A DNA stretch of 64,000 bases. Origin: Phyllobates terribilis (Eukaryota). Each line of letters begins with the position of its first letter. Position 1 is the stretch's first letter. The notes under the pieces were generated by a model. That model was not told the origin of the DNA, ran no database searches, and saw only the letters and a list, made by a program, of their open reading frames with translations. Shown one piece after another: positions 47,620-59,979 of this stretch. Position numbers and translations under genes: made by a program. Where the stretch lies: the NCBI RefSeq assembly GCF_046119375.1, contig NW_027362763.1, positions 416,020,001 to 416,084,000 of the forward strand. The letters run 5' to 3'.

Positions 47620-48285
47620 GTACATTTCCCCCTCCTGGTACGCATGGCTCCCTCATCACCAATCCTGGTATGTATGGCACCTCTCATCCCCCAATCCTGG
47701 TACGTTTGGCACCCCTCATCCCCCAATCCTGGTATGCTTGGCCTCCTCACCCCCAAATCCTGGTATGTGTGACCCCCTCATCCCCCAATTCTGGTATGCA
47801 TGGCACCCCTCACCCCCAATCCTGGTATGCATGGCACCCCTCATCCCCAATCCTGGTAGATATGGCACCCCTCATCCCCCAATCCTGGAATGCATGGCAT
47901 CCCTCATCCCCAATCCTGGTATGTATGGCACCCCTCATCCCCCAATCTTGGTATGCATGGCCTCCTCATCCCCCAATCCTGGTATGTATGGCACCCCTCA
48001 TCCCCCAATCCTGGTGTGCATGGCCTCCTCATCCCCCAATCCTGGTATTTATGGCACCCCTCATCCCCCAATCCTGGTATGCATGGCATCCCTCATCCTC
48101 CAAACCTGGTATGCATGGCACACCTTATCCCTCAATCCTGGTATGCATGGGCTCCTCATCCCCCAATCCTGGTATGTGTGGCCCTCTAATCCCCCAATCC
48201 TGGTATGTGTGGCCCCATCATCCCCCAATCCTGGTATGTGTGGCCTCCTCATCGCCCAATCCTGGCATGCATGGCCCAATCACTG
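47620..48285. repeat. 31-32 bp minisatellite, reverse complement of the 17360-19320 array (~20 units)
   Basis: Unit cccctcatcccccaatcctggtatgcatggca. Confidence 0.93.
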
Positions 48286-49369
48286 CACACATAAAACAAA
48301 TAAACACTTATACACACCTGCCTTCCTCACCTCTGTTCCAGCACTGCGTCCTGTCTGCCAGCAGCTCATGTCAGCATCTGAGCAGCGCAAACTCTCAGAT
48401 GCTGCTGTGAGCTGCCGGCATATTCACTCCTCTCCACACTGGGACTATGGGCATGGAAAAGAGTGAATATGTATTCTCTTTAGCAGCGGGCACTGTCAGC
48501 AGGAGCCGTGGCTCAGTGCTCCTCTGTGCCCGCTGCTGAAGAGAATGAATATTCATTCTTCTCCACACCCATGGGAGTAGGGAAGAAGGAATAGTCATTT
48601 CCCTTTAGCAGTGGGCACACGTAGTAGCTGCAGCAGCGGCTACTGCGTGTGCCTGCTCCTCCGCCGCCACAACCTCCCCTCCCCCTGTAAATACAATACT
48701 CAACTATCCTCCTCGTTCCCCTGCTGCTTCGGTGCCCCCTGGCTCATGGGCTTCCCCCGCCTCATGGGCCCCATAGCAGTGGCGTGGCCTGCCGCCATTG
48801 GCGGTACGCCACTGGCAATGGAGCTCTGAGAAGCTACCTTCTGTTACAGCCTACCCCAACTAGGTGCTTCCAAGAGCATCATAGTAGATTGTCCTCTAGA
48901 TCTGCACATGTCTCTGTAGGCACTTGTGACCACTAGGTCATCATTACCACTGGCAGACAGTCAGGAGAGGGACCCGGTGCAAGAACAATACATGGACTAG
49001 TGATGAGCGAACATGCTCGCCACTGCTCGGTACTTGCCCGAGCATCAAGGTACTTGACAAGCTCAGCGCTCGGTGAGTATTTCCGGGTTGCTCGGGCCGG
49101 AACTCGGGTCTCCGTCCTGCATGTTTGGCGCTCTTTAGAGAGCCAATGAACATGCAGGGATTGCTTGCCACGCACTGTAATGCCATAGCCATGTTGGTTT
49201 TGGGCATTACAGTGATTGGCTGGCCGCACAGCGTCAGCAGGTCTATATAAGACCTGGCGCCGCTATGCTCGTCACAGTCTACCCCGGAATCAGGCAGAGT
49301 AGGGAGAGATGCTGCTGAGTCAGGGAGAGATTTGCTTGTTTATAGTTAGTATAGGTATTCCACAACATA

Positions 49370-49505
49370 CAGTGAAGGAAATAGTTATTTGATCCCTTGC
49401 TGTTTTTGTAAGTTTGCCCACTGACAAAGACATGAACAGTCTATATTTTTAAGGGTAGGTTAATTTAATAGAATAAAATATCCCCCCCAAAAAATCAAGA
49501 AAATC
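49370..49505 (+). mobile_element. Tc1 terminal fragment inside hAT copy 3
   Basis: TA-CAGTGAAGGAAATAGTTATTTGATCCC. Confidence 0.65.
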
Positions 49506-51978
49506 ACATTGAACGTTCTGTCTGCTGCTGCTGTTCTTAAAGATATTTGTATACATAGTCCCAGGTTTCAGGGACCAGGGCAAATTTTATTTGCTCTTAA
49601 TCCTGGTTATTTGCTTAAAAACCAAGGCAGGCAGGGTATGTGACGGACTGCAGTGCATGATACAGCACAAGAGGGTCCATTGCATGTTCAACTTCTGACT
49701 GATCGTGCCTTGACAAATATTTGTAGACATAGCCCCAGGTATCATGGGCCAGGGCACATTTTTTTTTATCTTAATCATGGCTATTTTCTTAAAAAGCAAT
49801 CCATTTTTCTGCTCCATTTGCTTGTTAGCACTGCAGAATACAGCCAGATCTTTTCCATATTACAGCGATAAAAATCCTGAAACTTGAACTGAACGTGGAA
49901 AATATTGGCCTCCTTTTCCATTTTGTTGCAGTGTGTCAGTCAAGCTATTTAAACTTGATCTCTGTGAAGAATAGTATTAGTAAACTACAGGCCTGCTATT
50001 TAAAACCGTGGTTCTCTGTCAGACGTATCACATAAAACAGCGTTCCAAAATCAGCCATTTCTGGCTTCCATTTCGTTGCAGTGTGTCGGTCAAGCTAGTC
50101 ACACTAGGTCTCTGTGAAGAATAGTATTAGTAAACTACAGGCCTGCTTTTTAAAAGTGTAGTTCTCTTTCAGACGTATCACATATAACAGCGTTCCAAAA
50201 TCAGCCATTTCTAGTGAACGTGGAAAATATTGTCCTCCATTTAAAATGGGCAAGGTGCGTGGCAAGGGATGGGGAAGTGGACGTGATGGTGATGGTGCAT
50301 GCGGAGGCCGAGGACGTGGCCGTGGGCAAGCTGAAATTGTGACACAACAAACACCCACATCTTGTCGCTCGACCTTCCTGTCCCAATTACTAGGGGACCA
50401 CTAGCCCACCACTATTGAACACAGAGCAGTGTCAAAAGGTTGTTTGTTGGATAGCAGATAATACTTCCAGTCACTTTGCCGCCACCACTACCACCCTGTC
50501 TTCCGCACGGTCAAGCCTCAGTAGCCATGAGTCTGGACCACATATTCCTCATCCTGTTCCTCCTTCCTCCCACCGTGCCCGGAGACAACTGATCCCACAC
50601 TTGGACACTCAGAAGAGCTGCTCACTTTTCCCTTTGTAGATTCGGGCTTCTCGCCCGGCCAGCTTCAAGCAAGTCAAGAGGAGAACGCAAATATTTGAGC
50701 AGCCACGGTCACGAAGGTAACTGACTCAACCTGGCAGGGGGACATGCAGAGCGAGGACAGCAGCACACAGGTGGGGGGAGGCATAGCACTACAACAGGCA
50801 GGAAGAAGCAGTGTGGTGGCCACAGACACAAGGCAGGGAAGCGTTCCCCGTAACGCCAACACGACGGAAGTTGCCAGTACAACTGTTAGGTTTTCCCGAG
50901 TCTGGTTGTTTTTGAAGACTCTGCAGATAAACCCAAAAAGGCCATTTGCACCACCTGCCAGGCCATCATCAGCAGGGGTAGCAAAACTAGCAGCCTTACC
51001 ACCACCAGCATGATCAGGCGCATGGCAGAAAAGCATCCGACTAAGTGGGCTGAACCCCAGGGTCCAGAAACAGTGTCTGCAGGTGATACCACTGCTTCTT
51101 CAGCTGTTGTGCGTGCACGCCAATCCCCTGTCCATGGAGCATGCGAAGATGCCTCCCTCCCTGCACGTGTAGTTGGACACTTTCAACTAGCACCATCAGC
51201 AAGCACATTCACGTCCTTGTCCCAGCGCAGCATTCAGTTGTCCCTACCCCACTCGTTGGAACGCAAGCGCAAATACGCAGCCAACGCTCCACAGGCCACA
51301 CTACTAAATTCACACATTTTGCGAATGCTTGCGCTCGAAATGTTGCCTTTTAGGCTCATGGAGATGGAAGCTTTCCACAACCTGATGGCAGCGGCCGTCA
51401 CTCGGTACTTGGTCCCCAGCCGCCACGATTTCTCCCAGTGTGCCGTCCCCGCATTACACGAGCAGAGCACGTGTCCCCCAACATTAGCCATGCCCTCAAC
51501 AACGCAGTTACTGGAAAAGTCCACCTAACCACGGACACGTGGACAAGTGCTTGTGGGCAAGGATAGTACATCTCGCTGACGGCACACTGGGTTAATATAG
51601 TGGGAGCCGGGACCCAGTCGGACCTTGGGACGTAACACGTCCTCCCGACGCCGAGGATTGCGGGCCCTAGATCAATCAGGGTTGCCCCCACATTCTACAG
51701 CTCCCGCTCCTCCTCCTCCTCTTCAGCCTCCATCTGCGAAATGACCACATCAGTCACAAGCTGGAAGCACTGCAGCACTGCCTTGGCCAAGCGACAACAG
51801 ACTGTGCTGAAGCTAATATGCTTAGGTGACAAACCGCACAACGCTGAAGAGTTGTGGACGGCTCTGGAAGAGCAGGCAGATCTGTGGCTGACACTGCTGA
51901 CCCTACAGCCAGGTATGGTTGTGTGTGACAATGGCTAGAACCTGGTGGTGGCTCTGAAGCGAGGTGAGCTCACACACG

Positions 51979-52963
51979 TGTGGCACCCCTGAGGGTAGGA
52001 GGTATAACAGTAAGGAACCATCTTGGTTCAGGGAGTGGGGAGAGTTCAGTTCCAGTCAGTCAGACTGAGGTGCTGACAGGGGGCAGAGGCTCTGTATGAG
52101 CTCTGCTCCACCGGCAGGCCTAGCCAGGAGGCCTGAGCCTGAAGGAGAAAGGAGAGGAAAGAGGGAACAGGAAGGCTCCCGGACGAGGAGTGAAGGGACC
52201 CTAGGGGTACGGGCCGTGCAGCAAGCCACCCGTACGCCCGCCGCTGCCAGGAGGTAGGGGGGTCAGGCCAGAGAAGGGGAACCGGGTCCCCCAGCCAGCA
52301 GAGACTACAGGACTCAACTGGGAACCGGAGGCTGCAGCACTTCAAGTACAGCAGGCCGCCCACACCAGCCACTAGGAAAGTAGCCACATAGGGCCAGGGG
52401 ACGGAACACACGTCGCCTGCCAAGGCCCGAGGACACTGGACAGAGGTGCCTCTAGGTGTGAGGTACAAGGAGAGAGGCCAGAGAGGACACACTGAAGGGG
52501 GTCCTGCTAAATGCTCCAGAGCTACCTGGGAGTCGGCTGAGCCCCTTACTCGGTAAACACAGGATGACCCGGGAAGTTATAAACCTGCAGTAATAACTTG
52601 GAGTGAAAGAACTGTGAGTAAAGACCATGAGACTGCATTGCAAAGACTCCGCGTTGTCATTACTGATTCCCTGCACTACCACCACCATCATCCACCCACG
52701 CTGCCCTGAAGCTACACTCCACCTGTGGGGAGTCACACCGCCTAGTTGCACATACCACCAGCTTCAGCGGACTGCTACGCAGCGGCGGTTACCGATAACC
52801 GCAATCCACAGGTGGCGTAGTCGGACATTAATATTTGTGCACATAGACTACTACCCTGGTTTGACCGCCCTGGGTCACGGACCGGGTCACCGCCACGGTG
52901 ACTGCAACCCCCAGCATCTACAGGCCCGGCTCCGGGTACCCCCACGGCCCAGGGGGCACATCA
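51979..52963 (+). mobile_element. Solo LTR (985 bp)
   Basis: TGTGGCACCCC...GGGGGCACATCA. 4-bp TSD CACG at 51975-51978 and 52964-52967. The empty site gctcacacacgtacc is seen in hAT copy 2. Confidence 0.92.
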
Positions 52964-54037
52964 CACGTACCATACCTGGCCCATGTGCTTAACCTCGTGG
53001 TTCAGCGGTTTCTCAAAACGTACCCGGATCTGCCGGATCTGCTTGTCAAAGTACGCCGCCTGTGTGCCCATTTTAGAAAGTCAGCTACAGCTTCCGCTGC
53101 CTTTGCTGTGCTTCAGCAGAGTTGGCAGCTTCCAGCTCACTGACTGGTGTCACCATGCGTTGGAACTCTACATTGCAGATGTTGGGAAGGATTTGTGTGC
53201 AGAACAGGGCAGTTGTTGACTACCAGCATCAACAAGGCCGTCAGTATTCAGTTCAGACTCCACAAATAAGACCTCAGGGGTGGACATGTATGTCAGACAT
53301 CTGTACCATCCTCCAAAACTTTGAGGACTCCACCAAGATGGTGAGCGGCGATGACGCCATAATTAGCATCACCCGCTTCTTTGTCTTCTGAAACTCTATC
53401 TGCTCACAATTAAAGAGGTTGCATTGCAGGCGGAGCACGATGAGATGGAGCAAGGAACCATACAGAGGAATTTCATCTCAACGTGGATTGGGTGACAATG
53501 AGGAAGAGGAGGAGGAAGAACAGGAGCTAGTTTCCTGCGCTATAGACCGTACTACCTTCACAACTATCATACCGTCTGTTCAGCTTAGATAGCCTAAGAA
53601 CAGGGAGGAGGAGGAGGAAGATGAGGAGGAGAGCATGGTCAGTTGTCCTCTTGATGAGGACATGGAAGTCTTACCTGTTAGCAGTCTGGCACACATGGCT
53701 CAGTTTATGTTATGCTGCCTTTCCCGTGACCCTCGCGTTATCCAAATTTTGGGTGACAGTCATTTATGGTTGGTGACACTTCTAGACCCTTGCTACAAGG
53801 AAAACTTTCTGCCTCTTATTCTCGCGCTGGACAGGCCTAATAAAATGGGGCAGTACCAGAATGCCCTTGTTGCGGAATTATTTAAAAAATTCCCATCTGA
53901 AAACACTGGCGGCAGAGATCACAGTTCGTTGGACAACCAAGGAGTACAGACGAGAGAGACACAAATCCAATCCAGCAAAGGCAGGGGAATACTGTCAAAG
54001 TTCTGGGACAGTTTTCTCAGACCCTCCCATTGCACAG

Positions 54038-54850
54038 TGCAAACCACAGAAAAAGGTATAAAGAAACTACAGTATTGACAAGTATAATTCATAAATTTTA
54101 TTAGATTCAAAAACAAACAATTAAAAAGCAGACTACAAAACAAAAATTAAAAAATATGAGTAAAACATGATTAAAATACAGCTCAGGAGGGGGGGAGGGG
54201 GATGCTCACAATAAATATTAAACATGGATCACCTATATAAAAAATATATATATGTATTTGAATGGCAACCAAATTTAATTCATAGTAGTTGATTAAACAT
54301 ACATAATTACCTCTAATAGCAGCATAATATTAATATATCAAAAAACAATATATATAAATAAATGTAAAGTGCTTGTGCAGTAAATATATATACATATATG
54401 TGTAATTAATTGCCAAATACTGGATTATGAGAGGGAAAAGAAAACTCTAATGATTAACTACTGCTATGAGAATAAAGCGCTAATGAAAGATTTTGGCCGC
54501 AAAAAATCCAGTCCTATTATATGTAAACCCTCTAAACAGGGAATTATCTAAATATTTTAACAAATAAAGGAGACCATGATTATAAAAAATGAGATTGGAG
54601 ACATACCCTGGCCCCCTCACACCACTCCTGTATTTTAATCATGTTTTACTCATATTTTTTAATTTTTGTCTTGTAGTCTGCTTATTAATTGTTTGTTTTT
54701 GAATCTAATAAAATTTATGAATTATACTTGTCAATATTGTAGTTTCTTTATACCTTTTTCTGTGGTTTGCATTGTGAGTTTTGAGGTATTTATATATTTA
54801 TATATATATTTTTTTAAACTTGTGGTATTTCCTTCTTTTATAGGATCTAT
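54038..54850. mobile_element. Unclassified 813-bp AT-rich foldback insertion with a 15-bp TSD
   Basis: TSD CCTCCCATTGCACAG at 54023-54037 and 54851-54865. Inverted arms of ~144 bp at 54038-54181 and 54628-54771, plus a 79-bp unpaired tail. Confidence 0.85.
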
Positions 54851-55610
54851 CCTCCCATTGCACAGGCCCTGATTCGTGGGGTACTCTCACAAGGAGGAAC
54901 AAGTTTCGGAAGATGCTGAAGCAGTATCTTGCTGACCGTACCAACGTCCTCCGTGATTCCTTTGTGCCTTATAATTATTGGGTATCCAAGCTGGAGACGT
55001 GGCATGAACTGGCTCTCTACGCCTTGGAGGTCCGGGCCTGCCCTGCTGCTAGCGTTTTCTCAGAGCGGGTTTTTAGGGCCCTTGTTGGAATTATAACTGA
55101 TAAGCGCATCCGCCTGTCAACTGAAAAGGCTGACAGGCTGACTCTTATAAAAATGAACAAGGGCTGGATTGGGCCAGACTTCTCAACACCACCGAATGAT
55201 AGCAGCGTATCATAAACTCAAATACTCTATTCCCATGCACCTCTGTCTTCACACCTAGACATGGGTATATGCTTCCAGATTTTGTCTATTTGCTCTTGTA
55301 CTCCTCCTCCTTCTCCTCATCCTCCACCACCATATCACCACCATATCTACCATATCACCATATCTACGTCTCTTTCAAGGGGCATTGGAGTTCCTCCAAA
55401 TTTTTGGCAGCCATTATATTCACTGCATAGGCATACAGTATGGGAGACCCATTTCCTGATAATGGGAACATTGTTTTCAGGAGGCCCTCTGACCTCTACG
55501 TCTCTTGCAAGGGACATTGGAGTGCCTCCAAATTTTTGGCAGCCGTTTTAGTAACTACATATTCAAGAAGAGTACGGGAGACCGTCTCCTTTTAAATGAG
55601 AACATGTCGT

Positions 55611-56130
55611 TACTGTGGACCAGCTCTATGTGTCTTTAAATTGTTAGTGGTTTTTTTTCTAAATTTTGGCAGCCGTTGGACTCACTGCATACCCTATACC
55701 TGTATAGCAGACCCTCCGCTTTCTAATGGGAATATGTCATTACTGTGGCCCAGCTCTATGTGTCTTTAAATTGTTAGTGGGGTTTTTCCTAAATTTTGGC
55801 AGCCGTTAGACTCACTGCATACTCTATAACTGTATAGCAGACCCTCTGCTTTCTAATGGGAACATGTCGAAACTGTGGCCCAGCTCTATGTGTCTTTAAA
55901 TTGTTAGTAGGGTTTTTCATAAATGTAAGCAGCCGTTGAATTCCGTGCATACCCTATAACTGTATAGCAGACCCTCTTCTTTCTAATGGGAACATGTCGT
56001 TACTGTGGCCAGCTCTATGTGTCTTTAAATTGTTATTGGTGGTATTTCCCAAATTTAGGCAGCCCTTGCAGTCACTGCATGGGCATTACCACTATAGGAG
56101 ACCCACTCCTTTATAATGGGAACATTTTTT
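55611..56130. repeat. 130-bp tandem repeat x4 in the 3' subterminal region of hAT copy 3
   Basis: (t/a)actgtgg(a/c)c recurs at 55611, 55741, 55871 and 56001. Confidence 0.9.
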
Positions 56131-57093
56131 TACTGAGACCCTCCTCTATGTCTCTTCAAAGGGGTATTGGGGTGCGTCCAAATTTTTGGCAGCTCTTGCA
56201 CTCACTGCATACGCAATAACAGTATAGGAGACCCACTCTTTAATAATGGGAACAACAAAGCATAGCCGAATGCTGGCCCTTTAAGAATAGTAAGGGCAGT
56301 CGGATGGTAAAAATAGTGTTTGTGATTTTCAGAGTCCCTTCTTCATAAATGAAACAGGATGTGTCTGACGGTGAGTCACACACCACTTGGCCAGATAAGG
56401 TTGTAAAATGTTAAAATTACATTTCCCGGTGAATGCATTTTTCACCGTTGGAAGCAATGCAAAAGTGCAAAAACCCATCAAAAACGCTAGGTCTGAACAT
56501 AGCCCAAGGTGTGGAGGAGCATTTTTGTTTTTGGTTATTTACTTTGCCTTATATACAAGTCATTACCCCGGAAAGGATGTTCCTTACCATTTTTCCCAGG
56601 AAAATCCATTATGGTTTGGTGTTTGTATGTTTTATTGTGAGTCCGTAAAAGTGGCTTAATACCTCTGACAACATTGTTGACAGCAGCGACTTGAGTCAGA
56701 GATGCTTCCAGGGGTCTTCCCTATGCTGTTCCCATGTCATTTGAGCACTGTTACCATCGATTTGGGCAATTTTTAGGCCCTCTTCAGACTGCCGGGGGAA
56801 GCCGCCGGAAAAATATTTGAGTTTCCCATAGATTTACATTAGGCTCGTTGCTCGGACCGATCACTCACGCATTTCAATTTGCTCGACCCGAGCAATGAGC
56901 ACCCGATCATTTTAGTGCTTGCTCATCAATAATATGGACTCTTTGCAGCCCAAAACCTCATCATAATGGACAATTCAAACGGCTTGGAAGGTTGAATTGG
57001 CCCCCTTACCTCTTGGGACCCTATATAGCCACACAGGTTGCACCAATGATATGTCCGCCCCTGGCCATTACCTTTCAAAGAATTTCTCCTAGA

Positions 57094-57295
57094 TAGGGAT
57101 GGCCAAACCCCATTTAAAACATTGGTGATTCGAACTTTTGAGCTGTAAAATTCTCTCTCTCTCCTCCCGAACTTCCCCCGGTACTCTGAGCATTGCAACG
57201 GTCTTCCAGGAGAAGTCTGTGTTTGGCGTTTAGCATCGGACACTGAGTGCCAGGGGCGAACCCATAACTTTTAAGTTCAGGTTCCCTCATCTCTA
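57094..57295. mobile_element. hAT-type MITE (~200 bp)
   Basis: TAGGGATG...CATCTCTA, with flanks CTCCTAGA/CTCCTAAC matching at 6 of 8. Confidence 0.7.
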
Positions 57296-59979
57296 CTCCT
57301 AACACTTCTATTGTGAATGTACAAATATGGATGCTGTCCAACTCTCTGCACAAAGGAGTGTAGTCAGACACCAACAGGTTGTCATTGAGCATCAGTCCCA
57401 GACTTTCTTGAAAATCTATATTGTCTCTTTAAAGACCACTCACCTTTCAGCTGGAATAACAGCAATACAGTAGTATTCTTATATCAGTACCTTACCTCTA
57501 GGTTATGTTAACACGTTGCATTTTTTCTGTTTTTCTTGTCTTTTTTTCCTGTGAAAAAATGCAGCGTTTTACTGTAACAGCAAAGTGAATGAGATTTGTA
57601 AAATCGTATGCACATGCCGCTTACTTTATCCATACAGTATTGAAGCTATTTCAAATTTGCAGTATGTCAATTTTCTTAGCATTTTTTTTTTAACCTACTC
57701 AAATGAATTGGAAATATTGCAAGGAAAATGGATGCAAATTCCCCCTCCTCTAAGATGAGGTCCATGGGAATTTTGTCTCATTTGTTCCCAGACTTTGTTA
57801 CCGAAACTGGTTGTTTTTTGGTTGTGGTTTTTGAGATGTTGCTTTACAGTGTTTTTATCCTTGTATTCGTTATATGATATTACTTGCACCATTGATTTTC
57901 TCGCTCGAAGAGAGTTAATATTCATGAATAAGAACTTCTGGCTTTCCCATGCAGTCTCATTCTGTATGAAAAATGGCAGTAAAAATCTTATCTTTAAATG
58001 TAAAGGGACTTAATAGTACCATTAAGAGGCACTCTGCTTGAAATGAAGCTAAAATCTCAAATTGTGACGTAATTGCTTTCCAAGAAACAAAACTATCTAT
58101 TAATCCACCAAAATTTTCCCATAAGAATTTCCCGTATATTTTGGATCCTCCTTAGACAAAAAGAAGACAGGAGTGATTACAGCTATCAGAGATACTGTCT
58201 CTTTTCAATTATTAGAGGAAATTACTGATATTAGCGGCTGATTCCACATTCTTATCTGTGTAATCAATACGATCACTTATACTCTTGTTAATTTGTACGC
58301 TTCTAATCGTGGGCAAATCACATTTCTAAGCAAACTCATGAAAAAAGTCCAAAAACATCAGAAAGCGGATTTAATTATTTTGGGGGATATTAATATTTTT
58401 CCTGACCAAGCAATGGATACAACAGCCACACCCAGAGGTAAAATGTTCACCTTAAAAAACTGGATCATCAAACAGCAACATTTGATGTCTTTAGATGTCT
58501 GAACTCTTCATCTAAGGAATTTACATATTATTCCGACAGTCATCAAACTTTTTCAAGGATTGATTTGGTTTTAACCAATATCACTTCTCTTCAGAGATTT
58601 AAGGACATCAACATAGGGAACATTTCATGGTCTGATCACGCACCAATACATTTTTCGATTAAATCAGTTGTTAATGGGAACAACTGTAGGAGGTGGAGGT
58701 TTACAGAAACTCTTTTCTTCTTCGATGCCCAGCATTCATGGAGAAAATAGAAAAAGCAATGTTTTTTTATTTCCAGGAGAATTCTACTCAAAATATTTCC
58801 CCTTTTTCTATTTGGAACGCCCACAAGGCAGTTATTAGAGGTGTTCTTATTCAGTTAAATGCTCAAGGGAAAAATATTCAAAATATCTCACAAAAAATAA
58901 CAGAAGAGGAGAAAAAGCAACAAATAAATCCCTCTGATGAAACACATTCTAAAATTTTAAGCCTAAGAGCAGAATTTAAAACTTTGCTGTTGGAGGATTA
59001 TGACAAAGTAATTAATGCGATCAAACTAAATCACTACTTCTCATATAATAAAATGACTAGGCCAATAAAGTTAAACAGCAATGCTTGAAATCTAGAGTTT
59101 ATCTGTCAAAAATGCTGGTAGTTCCTATCTTCATCCTCAAGATATAGCAGAACAATTTGCATTATTCTACTCCTCTCTATACAATCTAAAGGATGACTCT
59201 TCTACTCCACAACCCAACTGCAATGAAATTAACCAATTCCTCACTAACATTAGTCTTCCCCAACTCAATTTAGAACAAATTAATCAGCTAAACTCTCCTT
59301 TTACCACAGATAAAATTAGCTCAACAATCCACAAATTAAAGGAAAATAAGTCACCTGGCCCAGACGGCTTACCTAATGAATATTATAAGATATTTAGTCA
59401 ACATCTCTCTTTTTCATTAACTTCCATGTTCAACCATGCAGTCAACGAGACTTCTTTTCCCAAAGAATCTCTACAAGCAACTATAGTAGTGATTCCCAAA
59501 CAAGGCAGTGATCCCTCAGAAGTATCGAGATACAGACCTATCTCATTGCTAAATTCAGATTGAAAGATCTATGCTAAAGCGATTGCCCAGAGATTACTCA
59601 AAGTTCTGCCGGGACTTATATATTCGTACCAGGTTGGCTTTGTTAACCCTCCGTCACATATAATATCGGTTCTAACGAGTTCACATACAATGTGACTGTC
59701 AGGCGCAGACTAGAAAAATACCTATAATATCTAATGTTTGCAATTTCAGTGCTCTAAAAGTGATCAGTGACCTTCATAGGGATGTAATAAAAGAGACTAC
59801 ACATAATCAGGTGCAAAAAAAAACCACTTACTTAACATAAAACTAATAACTCTGAAATACAAACATTTCAAAACTCCCGCCAAATAGTCCCCAGTTCGAC
59901 TCTGTCAAAAAACTCTACAAAGAAAATTTATGGAAACAAACTTAATTTTAAGGTACCTTAAGTACTATTAAACACATAT

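Larger units (their letters stand above)
47038..48814. mobile_element. Non-autonomous hAT-type element carrying two minisatellite arrays and a pogo/Tigger-like fragment
   Basis: TIR CAGGGGCGTAC / CAGTGGCGTAC (10 of 11 match). Possible degenerate 8-bp TSD TCTGTGGA/GCAATGGA (5 of 8). TA-CCGTA start at 47504. Confidence 0.6.
50246..55215 (+). pseudogene. hAT transposase pseudogene (copy 3), interrupted by a solo LTR and an 813-bp insertion
   Basis: MGKVRG start, BED finger (VWLFL..C-x2-C..MIRRMAEKH), MVVCDNG, LAHVLNLVVQ, TMRWNS and SVFSERVF. Confidence 0.9.
48998..56931 (+). mobile_element. hAT DNA transposon, copy 3 (full length with nested insertions)
   Basis: TIR TAGTGATGAGCGAACA / ..TGCTTGCTCATCAATA. 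TSD ACATGGAC (48990-48997) / ATATGGAC (56932-56939). Confidence 0.93.
48948..57063. mobile_element. Small hAT-type MITE (~180 bp; pieces 48948-48997 and 56932-57063) split by hAT copy 3
   Basis: Right end ..GATATGTCCGCCCCTG, left end CACTGGCAGACA. Flanks ATCATTAC/GCCATTAC match at 6 of 8. Confidence 0.55.

Noticed and set aside
47598-48466. Similar repetitive ORFs on the plus strand
   Set aside because: Same minisatellite in reverse orientation.
52860-52963. HDV-like ribozyme fold in the LTR terminal module
   Set aside because: I could not thread the P1/P1.1/P2/P3 nested pseudoknot by hand; kept only as a structured motif.
54480-54515. TGAAAGA followed by a GATTTT/AAAATC stem, a possible hammerhead
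   Set aside because: No GAAA after the stem and no stem I or III.
57695-57925. Minus-strand ORF faintly resembling Tc1 (KTTSFGNKVWEQMRQ)
   Set aside because: Too short and degenerate, with no TIR; more simply sequence upstream of L1 ORF2.
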